Source: Abditibacterium sp.
GTDB lineage: Bacteria > Armatimonadota > Abditibacteriia > Abditibacteriales > Abditibacteriaceae
DNA length: 64,000 nt
NCBI GenBank assembly: GCA_965246885.1
Contig: OZ251992.1
Span: 2,464,001 to 2,528,000 of the forward strand
Direction of reading: 5' to 3'
Shown here: piece after piece, positions 50,521 to 60,335 of the stretch
Layout: each line of letters starts with the position of its first letter
How positions within the stretch are numbered: the first letter of the stretch is position 1
Notes under the pieces: generated by a model
Told to the model about the DNA's origin: nothing
The model's database searches: none
Seen by the model: only the letters and a program-made list of their open reading frames with translations
Translations under genes and position numbers: made by a program

Positions 50521-52338
50521 ATGATTTTTTTTGTTAACGGTTGCCCTGCGCACGAGGGCGCATGCGATGAGTTGGGCACGGGAACGGACGAGCAACCATT
50601 TCATTCCATTGGCGCCGCCGCGCAGGTCGCCGGGGCGGGCGATTGCGTAATTATTGGCGCGGGCATCTACCGCGAATTGGTCGCGCCGTCGCGTGGCGGG
50701 AAGGAGGGGTGCCCGCTCACCTTTTGCGCGGCACCCGGCGCGCGGGTCATTGTTACTGGCGCCGATGTGTTCATACCCCGGTGGGAACACGTGGAGGGCC
50801 GCGTCTTTCGCGCCCTCTTGCCGTTGGCGGCGGGGCAGTACAACCCCTTCGCCACCTCTGCCCGCGATTTGCCGGGCGACAAAACGCTCGGCCAGTTCTT
50901 CCGGCACGGCGAGCTTTTGCCCGAAGCGGGAAGGGGCGACGACTTGCACCGTTTGCCCGGCGCATGGAAAGCCGTCGCGGGGGGCACCGCACTGGAGTGG
51001 CACTGCCCCCAATGGTGGGGACAGCCCGATGAACAAAGCCATGCGGACGCCTTGGAAATCACCGTGCGCGCGCAGATCTTCCGGCCCGCCGTGCGCGGTT
51101 TGGGCTGGATTACGCTGCGCAATTTGGAGTTCGCCGCCGCCGCCAACCAAAGCGTCGGCGGTTTCTGGGCGCAGGGCGCGCCCCAAGCGGGCGCCGTCTC
51201 GTTTCGGTCGGGCCACCATTTCACCCTCGAAGGATGCACCGTCCGCCACGCCAACGCCGTTGGTCTCGACTGCGGAAGTGAAAACGAGGGGCGCGCCCTT
51301 GATGGGCAGGAGTGCCCGCCCCTTGCCTCCATCGGCTTTCATCTGATTCAGGGCAACGTCTTGTGCGACAACGGCGAAGCGGGCATGGTTGGCATCAACC
51401 AGACCGGCACGCGCGTCATCGGCAACCGCATCGAGCGCAACAACGCGCGCGGCTTTGGGGCCGTCGAAGAAGCGGGCATCAAGTTCCACTACTTCGTGGA
51501 CGGCGAAATCTGCGGCAACTTGGTCAGGGGCAACGACGCGCACGGCATCTGGCTGGACAACGTTTGGCACGGCTCGCGCGTGTCGCGCAACGTCTGTTTG
51601 GGCAACGTGGGAAGCGGCATCTTCATCGAAATGGGGCGCGGGCCGCTTTTGGTAGACAATAACGTGTGCGCGTTCACCAGTTGTGGGGAGGGCATCTACA
51701 CCCACGACGCGAGCGGCGTGACGCTCGCGCACAACCTGCTGTTTGGCAACGCCCACTTCGGCATCCATTGCCGCACCGTCACCGACCGCGATGTCGAGAA
51801 CCCGGCGTATTCGGGACAATGGGAGCGCGTGGCTACGGGCGAACAGCACATCCAGAACAACGTTTTCGTGGACAACTATCGCGGCGCGCTTTGCCTCGCG
51901 CCGCCCTCCGAGCGCGACCATAGCAACACGAGCGACTGGAACCTGTTTTTGGGCGGCGCACAGTGGCAATGGGAAGCGCAGGCGTGGGCAACATTTGCGC
52001 TGTCGGGCGCCGGGGGCCGCTTGCTTTCGCTCGACGAATGGCGGGCACAAACTGGCTGGGACACCCGCAGCGCCGCGCCGCACTTGGAAGCCGGAGAAGT
52101 CGTCAACGGCGCGCTCCATCAGGGTGGGATGCGCCTCGCCCACGCCGCGTGGCTCGACCTGCGCGACGCGAGCGCTTTTTGCTTGCCCTGCCCGCCTGTC
52201 GCGGGTGCCGCACTCGACTTAAACGGCGATGTGCGCCAAGGCGCCAGCACCCCACCCGGCCCTTGGGCGCGTTTGGATGCCGGTTACAACCTTCTCCCGC
52301 TTTGGCCCCTCGCCCCGGTTGATCGAGAAGTTCTTTGA
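50521..52338 (+). CDS. Right-handed beta-helix protein (DUF1565/GH120-like)
   Basis: GTDEQPFHSIGAAAQVAGAGD...GIYRE; EEAGIKFH, GIWLDN; start set at MIFFVN after the repeat array. Confidence 0.72.
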   Translation: MIFFVNGCPAHEGACDELGTGTDEQPFHSIGAAAQVAGAGDCVIIGAGIYRELVAPSRGGKEGCPLTFCAAPGARVIVTGADVFIPRWEHVEGRVFRALLPLAAGQYNPFATSARDLPGDKTLGQFFRHGELLPEAGRGDDLHRLPGAWKAVAGGTALEWHCPQWWGQPDEQSHADALEITVRAQIFRPAVRGLGWITLRNLEFAAAANQSVGGFWAQGAPQAGAVSFRSGHHFTLEGCTVRHANAVGLDCGSENEGRALDGQECPPLASIGFHLIQGNVLCDNGEAGMVGINQTGTRVIGNRIERNNARGFGAVEEAGIKFHYFVDGEICGNLVRGNDAHGIWLDNVWHGSRVSRNVCLGNVGSGIFIEMGRGPLLVDNNVCAFTSCGEGIYTHDASGVTLAHNLLFGNAHFGIHCRTVTDRDVENPAYSGQWERVATGEQHIQNNVFVDNYRGALCLAPPSERDHSNTSDWNLFLGGAQWQWEAQAWATFALSGAGGRLLSLDEWRAQTGWDTRSAAPHLEAGEVVNGALHQGGMRLAHAAWLDLRDASAFCLPCPPVAGAALDLNGDVRQGASTPPGPWARLDAGYNLLPLWPLAPVDREVL

Positions 52339-52444
52339 TTTGGAAATCGGTGGGGCGCTCCGTAAACGCATACTTGCGCAAATCTTTGCGCACACGATGA
52401 GGCAAACGCCCGCGCGGTGCCCCGGAACCAGAGTAAAATCCGAC

Positions 52445-53489
52445 ATGGACTTTTCGACCACACTGCGCGCCATTGACGCCCTTGCTTCTGCTTCCCGTGA
52501 CGCGCGTTCGCGCCGGGGCGCGAGAAAGTTGCACAGCGCCCTCTTGGTGGGCGCGGCGTCGGCGGCGCTGAGCACGGGCGCCCAGCCCACGTGGGCGGCG
52601 GGCGGCGGGCGTTATTTTCCCCGCCTACTTGCCGCTTTCGGATACCGCTAATTGGAACGTGCTCAAGGAAGACGCCGGGCTGTTTCAAAAGCAGTCCGTT
52701 GGCACTAAAGCAGTCCGTTGGCGCTTACGATTAATACTGGGCTGTGGTGAACAGCGCGAACAACGGGCCGTTCTCCACCTCGACCGATTGGGCCACCGCC
52801 GCGACGCGCTTCGATCCCCTCCGCGCCAATTTGGGCGAAATCTTGGGTTACGTCCACACTCTGCAAACGCCAACCGGCACCACCTTTCGCCCCTCGCCGA
52901 TGTCAGGCGCGACATCAACGCGTGGGGCAACGGCTATCCCGGCTTGGACGGCATTTGGCTCGACGAATTCTACTCGCGCTACGAGATCGCTGGCCCATCC
53001 GGGTCGAAAGCCACGTTCCCAATGGGCAGGCGCAGGCGCCCACCGACCGCAGCTTTCTCAACCCCGGTGGCAGTTTCAACGCGGGCAAGTCAACCCGGCG
53101 GGTGGCTACTATAGCCAACTGACCAACTGGATTCATGCGGCCCACCCCGGCGTGAAAATCATCGGTAACGCGGGCGGGCAGTTTTACTTCAACCAAGTGC
53201 GTTACGGCGCCTTGGTGGACGTGACGTGCAGCTTCGAGCAAGCCTACCCGTCGCCGCTAATGCCCCCACCAACAACTGGGCCGGTTTGAACCAACAAGCG
53301 GGCACAAGCGCCAACGCGCAGTTGGCCCTTATTCATACCAACTCCAGCGACCTCGCCAGAGCCATCAACCAGTCCATCGGGCACGGCTACAAATATTTCT
53401 ATACCACCGACCGCACCCTGAACAACATCTGAGGCGGCAAGCCGCCGTACTTCACCAGCGAAATCACGAGCATCGCCACCCACAACTAA
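52445..53489 (+). pseudogene. Spherulation-specific family 4 (Sph3/GH135-like) pseudogene
   Basis: Signal-like N-terminus then PAY, VNS.NNGP, ILGYVHT, LDGIWLDE, IIGNAG, FE motifs spread across frames; in-frame TGA at 53430. Confidence 0.75.
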
Positions 53490-53705
53490 TGCCGCTCGCC
53501 GGTTTTTCTACTTTCCACGTAGCTCCACATCTGGTTTCTCGGCAGGGCGCCCGGTGTAGGGATTCTCCCGGCTACGCCGTCCGCACGCACGGCACCCGAA
53601 ACTCTGCTTGCCGCCCATGCTCTTCCCAGCCCCGCAGCGATAACAATAGGCGCAAATCATCACTCAGTCTTAATCCCTCGCCTGCATTTAGGCCACTACC
53701 GTCAC

Positions 53706-56324
53706 TTAGCGGAGCGTAAGCGCTTGCAAACGGGCTTGACCACCAAAGGTGTTTGGCTCGTTGTCGAGGCTCCACCGAACACGGAGCGTTTGGCCCGCCA
53801 TTTTCGCCCGGAAGTGAACGCTGTACACGCCCGCAAAGCTGTCAGGAATCGGCGCCCAGTTGCCGTTGCCCCGGTTGCCATCGAAGACAGTTGATACTAT
53901 GGCGGGCGCACTCTCATCCGACAGCGAGACTTCCAACTTGCCGCGCGCGCCGTTGATGCCCGAAACGTACAATTGCAGCATTTGCTCATCGGGTGAGGCC
54001 GGGACAGAGAACTCGATGCCATGCCCGACGCCGTTCCACCACAAGCCGGAGTTGGAGCTGCCTCCGGGCCAATTCAGCTTGACCGGCGACCCCAGAGTTG
54101 AGGACAAATAGCCTTGGCCAAACTCCTTGAGTTCGCCGATTTGATTCGCACCCGCTTTGCGTTCGACGACCGTTTTGGCGGACGCGCCTTCGGTGTTTTT
54201 GGAGCCGAAAGCGATCCAGTCGCGGGCGCCTTCTTTGTCGAGGTCTACCGAAACGGGCGCTTGCTCGGTCGCAAGCTGGAGTTCGCCGCCGCCCGTCTCG
54301 CCCACGCACAGCGTCCAGTCGGTCTTGTTATTCGATTCATTTGCCTCGCCCGAAACGCGGTTGATGTCGTCGGCATAAGAGGTGATGACGTAGCTGCCCG
54401 GTTGGGCGGGCGCCCATTCTGTATTGCCACCGTTTGGTTCTACCGTCACCTCGTCGCCGGGATTGAGAACGTCGTGCGTGCCACCAAAGCTCGTGTATTT
54501 GCCGTTGACGAAGAACGTCACGCTCGAATCGGTGTCAATGGGCGTCGGGCCAGCACCGATATTCTTGAGGGTCGCGCGCAACTTCGCGGGTTGGCCGGGG
54601 ACATCCGACTCGCTCCAGACTTTCGTCACGACCAAATCGGGGCGACCATCAGGGGTAAACACGACGGTTTGGGCGCGCGACGCGGTTTGACCAAAGCGAT
54701 CGAAAGCGGCCACCTCGTAGGTGTAGCCCAAACCGGGACGCAGCCACGCGCTGCGTTCGGAGAACTTTGGCTCGGTCGTCGTGGCGATGTGCCAGCCGTT
54801 ACGAAACACGAAATACCCCTGTGCGCCCGCGACGGGCCGCCACTGCAAGTCGGCCTGAAGTTGCGTGGCTTTGCCTTCCAAACCCCTAACGGACGCGGGC
54901 GCCGCGCTTTTCGGAAGCGGCCCCGCTTTGATTTTAATGATGGAGACAGAAGCGGGCACGCTCATTTTCAAAACGCCGTTTGTCACCGCGACGGTTTGCG
55001 AGTCGTACGCGCCGCGCTCGTTTTGTGTCAGGACAGTGGCCGAAGCGCCGGCCGAAGCGCCGGCCGAAGCGCCAAAGTGGATTTCGACGGGAGCAGGCGC
55101 AGGGAACAATTCGCGGTTAGTGTTTTGGTCGTGGTTGGGCACCTCGTTCCAAATCAGCACGTTGTAGTCGCCGCTCGACTTTTGCAGCGTGAGGGTGTGA
55201 ACTGTGTCGGGCGCGCCCGCCAACGTGAAATTCAGCGAGCGCGGCGTGAACGGGCGGGCGCCTTCCCAATGGAGAGTCGCGGGGTTCCATTTCGCCTCGC
55301 GCACTTGATCGAGCAAATTCTTGACCGCGAAATAAGCGGGCCGCTTGGTCATCAAGTCGTCTTCGAGCAGGCCGTAGCCATCGGCGTTGTGGATGGCGAA
55401 CAAATAGGTGCGCTTGATGCCGTGCCGGAAGTATTCGGCGAGTAGCATCGGGATGTTCAGAGCCTGCGCGCGCAAGGAGCCAGTTTTAAAGGTGCCGTTG
55501 GTCGCGTCCTTGTCCACGTTGTAGCCGGTCTCGGTTGGGACGAATGGCTTGATGAGCGAGTGCGGCGGCAAAATGTTGTTCCAGCGCGTCATGTTCGACA
55601 GCAAGCTGGAACTGGGCACGCCATAACCCGCGTAAGAGTGGATGTTGCCGTAGTCGAAGCCGGTAAAACCTTTGGCGAGGTTATAGTCGGTGAAAATCGC
55701 CGAAAAACCGACGACGGGAACACCTTTCCACTTCGGGTCGGCTTTAAGCGCGCCGTAAAAGTCCGTCATGTATGCGGCGGCGGCGCCTTCGTCGGTCTGG
55801 CCTTTGTATTTGAGGTTCAAGTCTTGGGGCGGGAATTTGTTGTTCGGCTCGTTGGGGCCTTCGACTTCGGCGACGGCGCGCGAATCGTAGCGACGTAGCT
55901 CGGTCATCTGCGCGAGCGGGTCTTTGACGTGATTGGGATCGAGAAACAGCATCGCTTTGGCGCCGTGCGCTTTCCACACATCGAGAACCTGCCCCGGCTG
56001 ATCGTCGCGCGTCAAGTCATAGCGCAACACTGCGCGGTAGTAGCGAATGCCCAGATCGTAAAACACAGAAGGCGCGAAGGTCGTTCCAGCACCCTTGAAC
56101 GGCCCATCGGTGTAAATGCGCGTTTGAAGCGGGGCGCCGTTGATGCCAATCGAATCAATGAAGTCGTCGGCGGCAAACGCGGGCGAAGGCCCCGACGAGG
56201 CGCGCGGCGCGCTTTGTTGGGCCAAAACGCGCGTTTCGAGGGCCAGAGGCGGCGCGGTTTGCGCGCACGCCGAAAGCGCGGGCACAAGGGCAAAGCCCAA
56301 TAACGAGGAAAACTTGCGGTTCAT
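53706..56324 (-). CDS. Possible lipoprotein: clan GH-A-like TIM barrel plus FN3 plus CARDB
   Basis: MNRKFSS...LSAC lipobox-like; EGPNEP, TETGY; YTYEVAAFD; PDLVVT...ESNN. Confidence 0.72.
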   Translation of the reverse strand: MNRKFSSLLGFALVPALSACAQTAPPLALETRVLAQQSAPRASSGPSPAFAADDFIDSIGINGAPLQTRIYTDGPFKGAGTTFAPSVFYDLGIRYYRAVLRYDLTRDDQPGQVLDVWKAHGAKAMLFLDPNHVKDPLAQMTELRRYDSRAVAEVEGPNEPNNKFPPQDLNLKYKGQTDEGAAAAYMTDFYGALKADPKWKGVPVVGFSAIFTDYNLAKGFTGFDYGNIHSYAGYGVPSSSLLSNMTRWNNILPPHSLIKPFVPTETGYNVDKDATNGTFKTGSLRAQALNIPMLLAEYFRHGIKRTYLFAIHNADGYGLLEDDLMTKRPAYFAVKNLLDQVREAKWNPATLHWEGARPFTPRSLNFTLAGAPDTVHTLTLQKSSGDYNVLIWNEVPNHDQNTNRELFPAPAPVEIHFGASAGASAGASATVLTQNERGAYDSQTVAVTNGVLKMSVPASVSIIKIKAGPLPKSAAPASVRGLEGKATQLQADLQWRPVAGAQGYFVFRNGWHIATTTEPKFSERSAWLRPGLGYTYEVAAFDRFGQTASRAQTVVFTPDGRPDLVVTKVWSESDVPGQPAKLRATLKNIGAGPTPIDTDSSVTFFVNGKYTSFGGTHDVLNPGDEVTVEPNGGNTEWAPAQPGSYVITSYADDINRVSGEANESNNKTDWTLCVGETGGGELQLATEQAPVSVDLDKEGARDWIAFGSKNTEGASAKTVVERKAGANQIGELKEFGQGYLSSTLGSPVKLNWPGGSSNSGLWWNGVGHGIEFSVPASPDEQMLQLYVSGINGARGKLEVSLSDESAPAIVSTVFDGNRGNGNWAPIPDSFAGVYSVHFRAKMAGQTLRVRWSLDNEPNTFGGQARLQALTLR

Positions 56325-56405
56325 ACAAAGAGTTAGGGGCGGCGTTGGAACTCGTCCATCCGGCTGAGTAAGCGACGCGGATAGCTGGGCCAACCATTAA
56401 TGTAC

Positions 56406-56594
56406 GTGCCCGAACGATTGAGATAGGTGCCCGAACGATTGAGATAGGTGCCCGAACGATTGAGATAGGTGCCCGAACGATTGAGATAGGTGCCCGAACG
56501 ATTGAGATAGGTGCCCGAACGATTGAGATAGGTGGGTGAATCAATCAGACGGTTGGGCGAACGATTCGGATAGGTGTCCGAACGGCCCGGTTGG
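56406..56594. repeat. Intergenic 21-bp tandem array E (gtgcccgaacgattgagatag)
   Basis: Six perfect copies at 56406-56531 plus three in-phase degenerate copies. Confidence 0.95.
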
Positions 56595-56607
56595 GCGAGC
56601 CGTTCGT

Positions 56608-58590
56608 TCAGGATGCCGGGGCGCTGGAAGTTGAAGGCGCGGCGGTTTTAGTGGCGGCGGCAGAAAGGGCGGTGCTGCTGTTAGCGATCTTGATTTCGTC
56701 TATGTAGCCGCGATACTGGCCAATGGTGGCGCCGGGGCGGTCGAAGGCGACCCAGATTTTATCTATGGTTTTGCCCGCCAGCTTGGAGCCGATGTTGCCT
56801 TCGACTTTCGTCCACGCATTATACGGGATTTGGCCGCCATGCCCTTTGTTGGGGTGGAACGAAAAGCCGTTGGAGTCAACGGCGCCACTGTCGCGCAGCG
56901 TCGAGCCGTCGGTGCAGTGGAAATCTACCGCGACATAGCGCCCGTTGTCCTGTTGCGGGTAAATGGAGTAGCAGAGCCGCGTGTTGGCAGCAATCGGGAT
57001 GTTGACGCTGAAAACCTTGTAATAACAAAGAGCAGCACTGGCTGTAGCACTTCCCGAATAAAGCAACGCCGTGTTGCCCGCCTGCGCCTGCTCGCCCGTG
57101 CGGGTCGAACATTCGGGTTGGATGTTCGAGATAAATCCCGCCACGTTTTGCTTGAAGTCCACCGAATCGTTCCACGTCGGCTGGGGCTGTCCGTTCTCAA
57201 AGCTGGTGTAGAACAAAAATCCCGGCGGCGCGGCGACGATCATATAGCACTCGTTGCCCAAATTGTTGACCGTGACCGAAGAGGTGCCGGACGCAACGGG
57301 TATAGTCTGGCGCGGGCCGTTGAAGCCGTCCCACCCGTAAACGAGCAGTTGCGTGGTGCCTGTGGGTATGCCGGAACAGGTGAAGGAGGAGCGCGGATTG
57401 CCCCACGCCCAGCCGGTGTGGTTTTCGACGACCCACATCCGTTTGCTCGAATTGTTGCCGTCGAGAACGTAGTAGCCGTAATTCCAAGGCTGGATGTCGG
57501 AAAAGTGCATCCCCGCGCTTTGTTGCGCGACGAACTGCATCGTCTGTCCGGGAACAGTTGGCACCCAAGGGTTGAAACTTTGCGTCAAGCCCCACTTCGC
57601 CTGCGACGACAAGGTGCCGATGTCAAAGGCCAACTCGACTTGCGATTTGAGGTTGGACAGCCCGTTCTGGCCGTTGCCGCCCACGCCTAAGTGCGCCCAG
57701 ATAAAGGAAAGTTCCCATTCGGCCTGCTTTTGCGGGGTCTGCGAGTTGTCGTCGTAGTTGAACTCGGTGCAATAATGGTTGATATCGGCGGAAATGCCGG
57801 AGTTGTTTTTGACGGAGCGAAACAGGGCCATCGGCCCGTAGTCGCCCGATGGAGCGCCGCCCGAATAAAGGTGCAAATCTACGCCGTCGAGCGTGCCGTT
57901 GTTAAAAAGCGGCGCGAGTTTGGAGATGTAGCCGCCGCCAGTGCCGTCGCCGTAAGCGTTGGGCCGCGCGAAGCCGCCGGGTATCACTTTGAGGCCAGAA
58001 TTGACCGCGTGGATGCCATCGGCAAAGCCTTGAATGGCGCCGTAATAGTCGTTGAGCGGGATGCCCCGGCTCAAATCAATGGGCTGACCTTGCCCATCAA
58101 TGGGAATATCGGGTTCGTTAATAGCCGAATAGCAGGTGATGCCCCAGTTCGAGATGCCCTGACTCTTGAGCCACGCCGAGTTGGGCTGGTAGCGGGTGGC
58201 GATGTTTTGGCCCAGTGCCCTCCAATAGTTGTAAATGTTGCCCGTGCCGTTGGCGATGTCGCCGTAGTAGCCGTAGTATTCGACGAGCAGATACGGCGTG
58301 AGATTGTGGGCTTTGACGGCCAAGATGTAGGAATCCATCTCGCCGTTGGTGTTGTTGCGGTTGTAGCTGGTGCCGATGCGCGCGACATTAAGGCCCGCCG
58401 AGTTCATCGCGTTCATAACGGCGTTCGCCCGTCCCGACACGTTGTTCCACGTGTCGTAAGTAACGCCGGGAACGCTGGAGCCAAAGGAGTTCGCGGGGTC
58501 AGCCGCGCGCGCGGCAGGCGCCGATGAGAGGCAAAACAGGGCGAACGCCGCCATTGCCCGCTTGAAAGCGGGCCGGAAGTGGATTTTCAT
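56608..58590 (-). CDS. Secreted clan GH-A-like glycoside hydrolase with C-terminal carbohydrate-binding-like module
   Basis: Signal peptide; AINEPD, DLHLY, CTEFN; C-terminal module YVAVDFHCTDGSTLRD...GKTIDKI. Confidence 0.68.
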   Translation of the reverse strand: MKIHFRPAFKRAMAAFALFCLSSAPAARAADPANSFGSSVPGVTYDTWNNVSGRANAVMNAMNSAGLNVARIGTSYNRNNTNGEMDSYILAVKAHNLTPYLLVEYYGYYGDIANGTGNIYNYWRALGQNIATRYQPNSAWLKSQGISNWGITCYSAINEPDIPIDGQGQPIDLSRGIPLNDYYGAIQGFADGIHAVNSGLKVIPGGFARPNAYGDGTGGGYISKLAPLFNNGTLDGVDLHLYSGGAPSGDYGPMALFRSVKNNSGISADINHYCTEFNYDDNSQTPQKQAEWELSFIWAHLGVGGNGQNGLSNLKSQVELAFDIGTLSSQAKWGLTQSFNPWVPTVPGQTMQFVAQQSAGMHFSDIQPWNYGYYVLDGNNSSKRMWVVENHTGWAWGNPRSSFTCSGIPTGTTQLLVYGWDGFNGPRQTIPVASGTSSVTVNNLGNECYMIVAAPPGFLFYTSFENGQPQPTWNDSVDFKQNVAGFISNIQPECSTRTGEQAQAGNTALLYSGSATASAALCYYKVFSVNIPIAANTRLCYSIYPQQDNGRYVAVDFHCTDGSTLRDSGAVDSNGFSFHPNKGHGGQIPYNAWTKVEGNIGSKLAGKTIDKIWVAFDRPGATIGQYRGYIDEIKIANSSTALSAAATKTAAPSTSSAPAS

Positions 58591-58613
58591 GGTGTTGGTG
58601 TGGTGTAAATAAA

Positions 58614-58640
58614 CGGGCGCGTCGCTTATGGACGCGCCCG
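58614..58640 (-). terminator. Intrinsic terminator-like stem-loop after prepilin gene
   Basis: cgggcgcgtc/gacgcgcccg stem followed by TTTATTT on the minus strand. Confidence 0.72.
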
Positions 58641-58650
58641 GAAGGAGACT

Positions 58651-59472
58651 CTACTTGTATTTGTCTTCGGCCTGTGCGAGCTTGGATAGGATGCCGGGTT
58701 CGGGCACTTCGCAGTTCACGTCGTTATAGTTGGCGCCGTCGCAACCGGGGCCAGTTGCGCCGGACTGGGGGTCGAAACGTCCCCACATATTGACCGGAGT
58801 CATGGTTCTTGTGGGACGGAGCGATTTGACGTGGCCATCGGCGAACAGATAGTTGGTTGTATCCATATGCCCGGCGAATACCATCACTTTACCCGCGATG
58901 ACGAACTGGCCAGAGTTGTAGGCGGTGCCATACATTCCGGCGCGTGGCTCGAAGTTGGCATCAAAGGGTTCGTAGATGTTGGCCTCGCCAACCATAATGC
59001 GTGTAGCGGCGCTGTCCAAAGACGCGAGCGCCCGCCCTCCTCCACTGGCGTCAATGATCATGTGCCAGTTCGCCAGATACGAGGCGGAAATATCGGGATA
59101 TCCAGAGGCGGCGCTAAATTGAACCTTGGCGCCATCAGTATTGGAAGGGCACGTAAAGATTTGCGTGCTCTTGAGATAAGGCTGCATCAGCTGAGGCCAT
59201 TCAATGCGACCTGTAGACAAAGCAGAGTAAGCGCTGGGATACCTCTCGTCGTAATCTTGGACATATTGCAAGATGCCCAAGCCGATTTGCTTGAGGTTGG
59301 ATTGACAAGACGCGCGGCGCGCATTCTCGCGGGCACGAGCAAAGGCCGGGAACAAGATGGCGGCAAGTATCGCTATAATAGCGATAACTACCAACAACTC
59401 TATCAAAGTAAATCCTTTACGGGTGCAGCTGGATTTAAAACAACTGTATGAGGTTTTGTTGATGTACTGCAT
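58651..59472 (-). CDS. Prepilin-type / DUF1559 / H-X9-DG protein
   Basis: [11 protein letters not shown]...; [15 protein letters not shown]; start set at MQYINK. Confidence 0.92.
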   Translation of the reverse strand: MQYINKTSYSCFKSSCTRKGFTLIELLVVIAIIAILAAILFPAFARARENARRASCQSNLKQIGLGILQYVQDYDERYPSAYSALSTGRIEWPQLMQPYLKSTQIFTCPSNTDGAKVQFSAASGYPDISASYLANWHMIIDASGGGRALASLDSAATRIMVGEANIYEPFDANFEPRAGMYGTAYNSGQFVIAGKVMVFAGHMDTTNYLFADGHVKSLRPTRTMTPVNMWGRFDPQSGATGPGCDGANYNDVNCEVPEPGILSKLAQAEDKYK

Positions 59473-59510
59473 TGGAGTATAAGAAAAAGTGGGCATGAAT
59501 GAAGGGGCGC

Positions 59511-59537
59511 GGAGCAACCTGAAATCGAAGTTGCTCC
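59511..59537 (-). terminator. Stem-loop between tandem prepilin genes
   Basis: ggagcaac/gttgctcc stem. Confidence 0.55.
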
Positions 59538-59597
59538 TTCCCCTAAATGCGTTCTATTTGTAAAGCGCGCCTGCATCGGCGATAGCGCTAAAGAAGG

Positions 59598-60317
59598 TCA
59601 CGGCTTGCGGTTGAACGTTGGGCTGTTACCAGAAGCAGAACCGGGCGTTGCCAAGCTATAAACGGAGGCGCTTTGAGTTGGGCTTAAGCCTTTGAACCAC
59701 TTTACGTGGCCGTCGCACAGCAAGAAGTTCTGGCCTTCGAGGTGGCGTTGCGCCGATTTGCTGCGGAACGTCGCCAAACCTGAAGCGCAGGAGACGGCAG
59801 TGCCGCAACCTGCTGTCCAGTTGTCAGCGAAGTTTCCGCTGTCAGCGACGACTGGGTCGCTTTCGTCGCACGCTAAGACGGTGAGCGCGGATTGAGTCAA
59901 GTCCGCAATAGATGTGCTACGCGCGCTGCCATCCCAACCAAGGTCGAGGTTGTACGCGTAGTCCACGTAACCTTGGGTGTTTGGGTCGGAGGTTGCCGTC
60001 CAGTCGCTGTTGCTGGGGCATTGATAGATCTGCGTGCTTTTCAGGTAGGGCTGAACAATAGCCCAGAAATCGTTCTGGTGGTGACCGGCCCCCCCTACCG
60101 TGTCGTTGTGGATGGGAAATTTCTCGTTGTAGTCCTGCGTATACTGCAAGATACCGAGGCCAATCTGCTTGAGATTGGACTGACACGAGGCGCGGCGCCC
60201 ATTCTCTCTCGCGCGCGCGAAAGCGGGGAACAAGATAGCTGCCAAAATCGCGATGATGGCAATGACTACGAGCAATTCTATAAGCGTAAACGCTTTGGCG
60301 ATAGGATGAGTTTTCAT
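59598..60317 (-). CDS. Prepilin-type / DUF1559 / H-X9-DG protein
   Basis: [11 protein letters not shown]...; [15 protein letters not shown]. Confidence 0.92.
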   Translation of the reverse strand: MKTHPIAKAFTLIELLVVIAIIAILAAILFPAFARARENGRRASCQSNLKQIGLGILQYTQDYNEKFPIHNDTVGGAGHHQNDFWAIVQPYLKSTQIYQCPSNSDWTATSDPNTQGYVDYAYNLDLGWDGSARSTSIADLTQSALTVLACDESDPVVADSGNFADNWTAGCGTAVSCASGLATFRSKSAQRHLEGQNFLLCDGHVKWFKGLSPTQSASVYSLATPGSASGNSPTFNRKP

Positions 60318-60335
60318 GATGATTGTTTAAGAGCC

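Noticed and set aside
48532..52143. 1203-aa minus-strand ORF and similar long antisense ORFs
   Set aside because: Shadow frames of well-supported genes in GC-rich sequence; no recognisable motifs
52374..52393. TTGCGCAA upstream of the spherulin pseudogene as a LacI regulon site
   Set aside because: Only the 8-bp core matches, and it also occurs inside coding regions
53572..53700. Possible ECF sigma region-4 remnant (LSDDLRLLLSLRGWEE)
   Set aside because: Too short and degenerate to support without a search
55038..55073. 12-bp x3 in-frame repeat (GASA)
   Set aside because: Ordinary short slippage duplication in a loop; period differs from the 21-bp family
56406..56594. CRISPR array interpretation of the 21-bp repeats
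   Set aside because: Units are contiguous with no unique spacers, and no cas genes are present in the window
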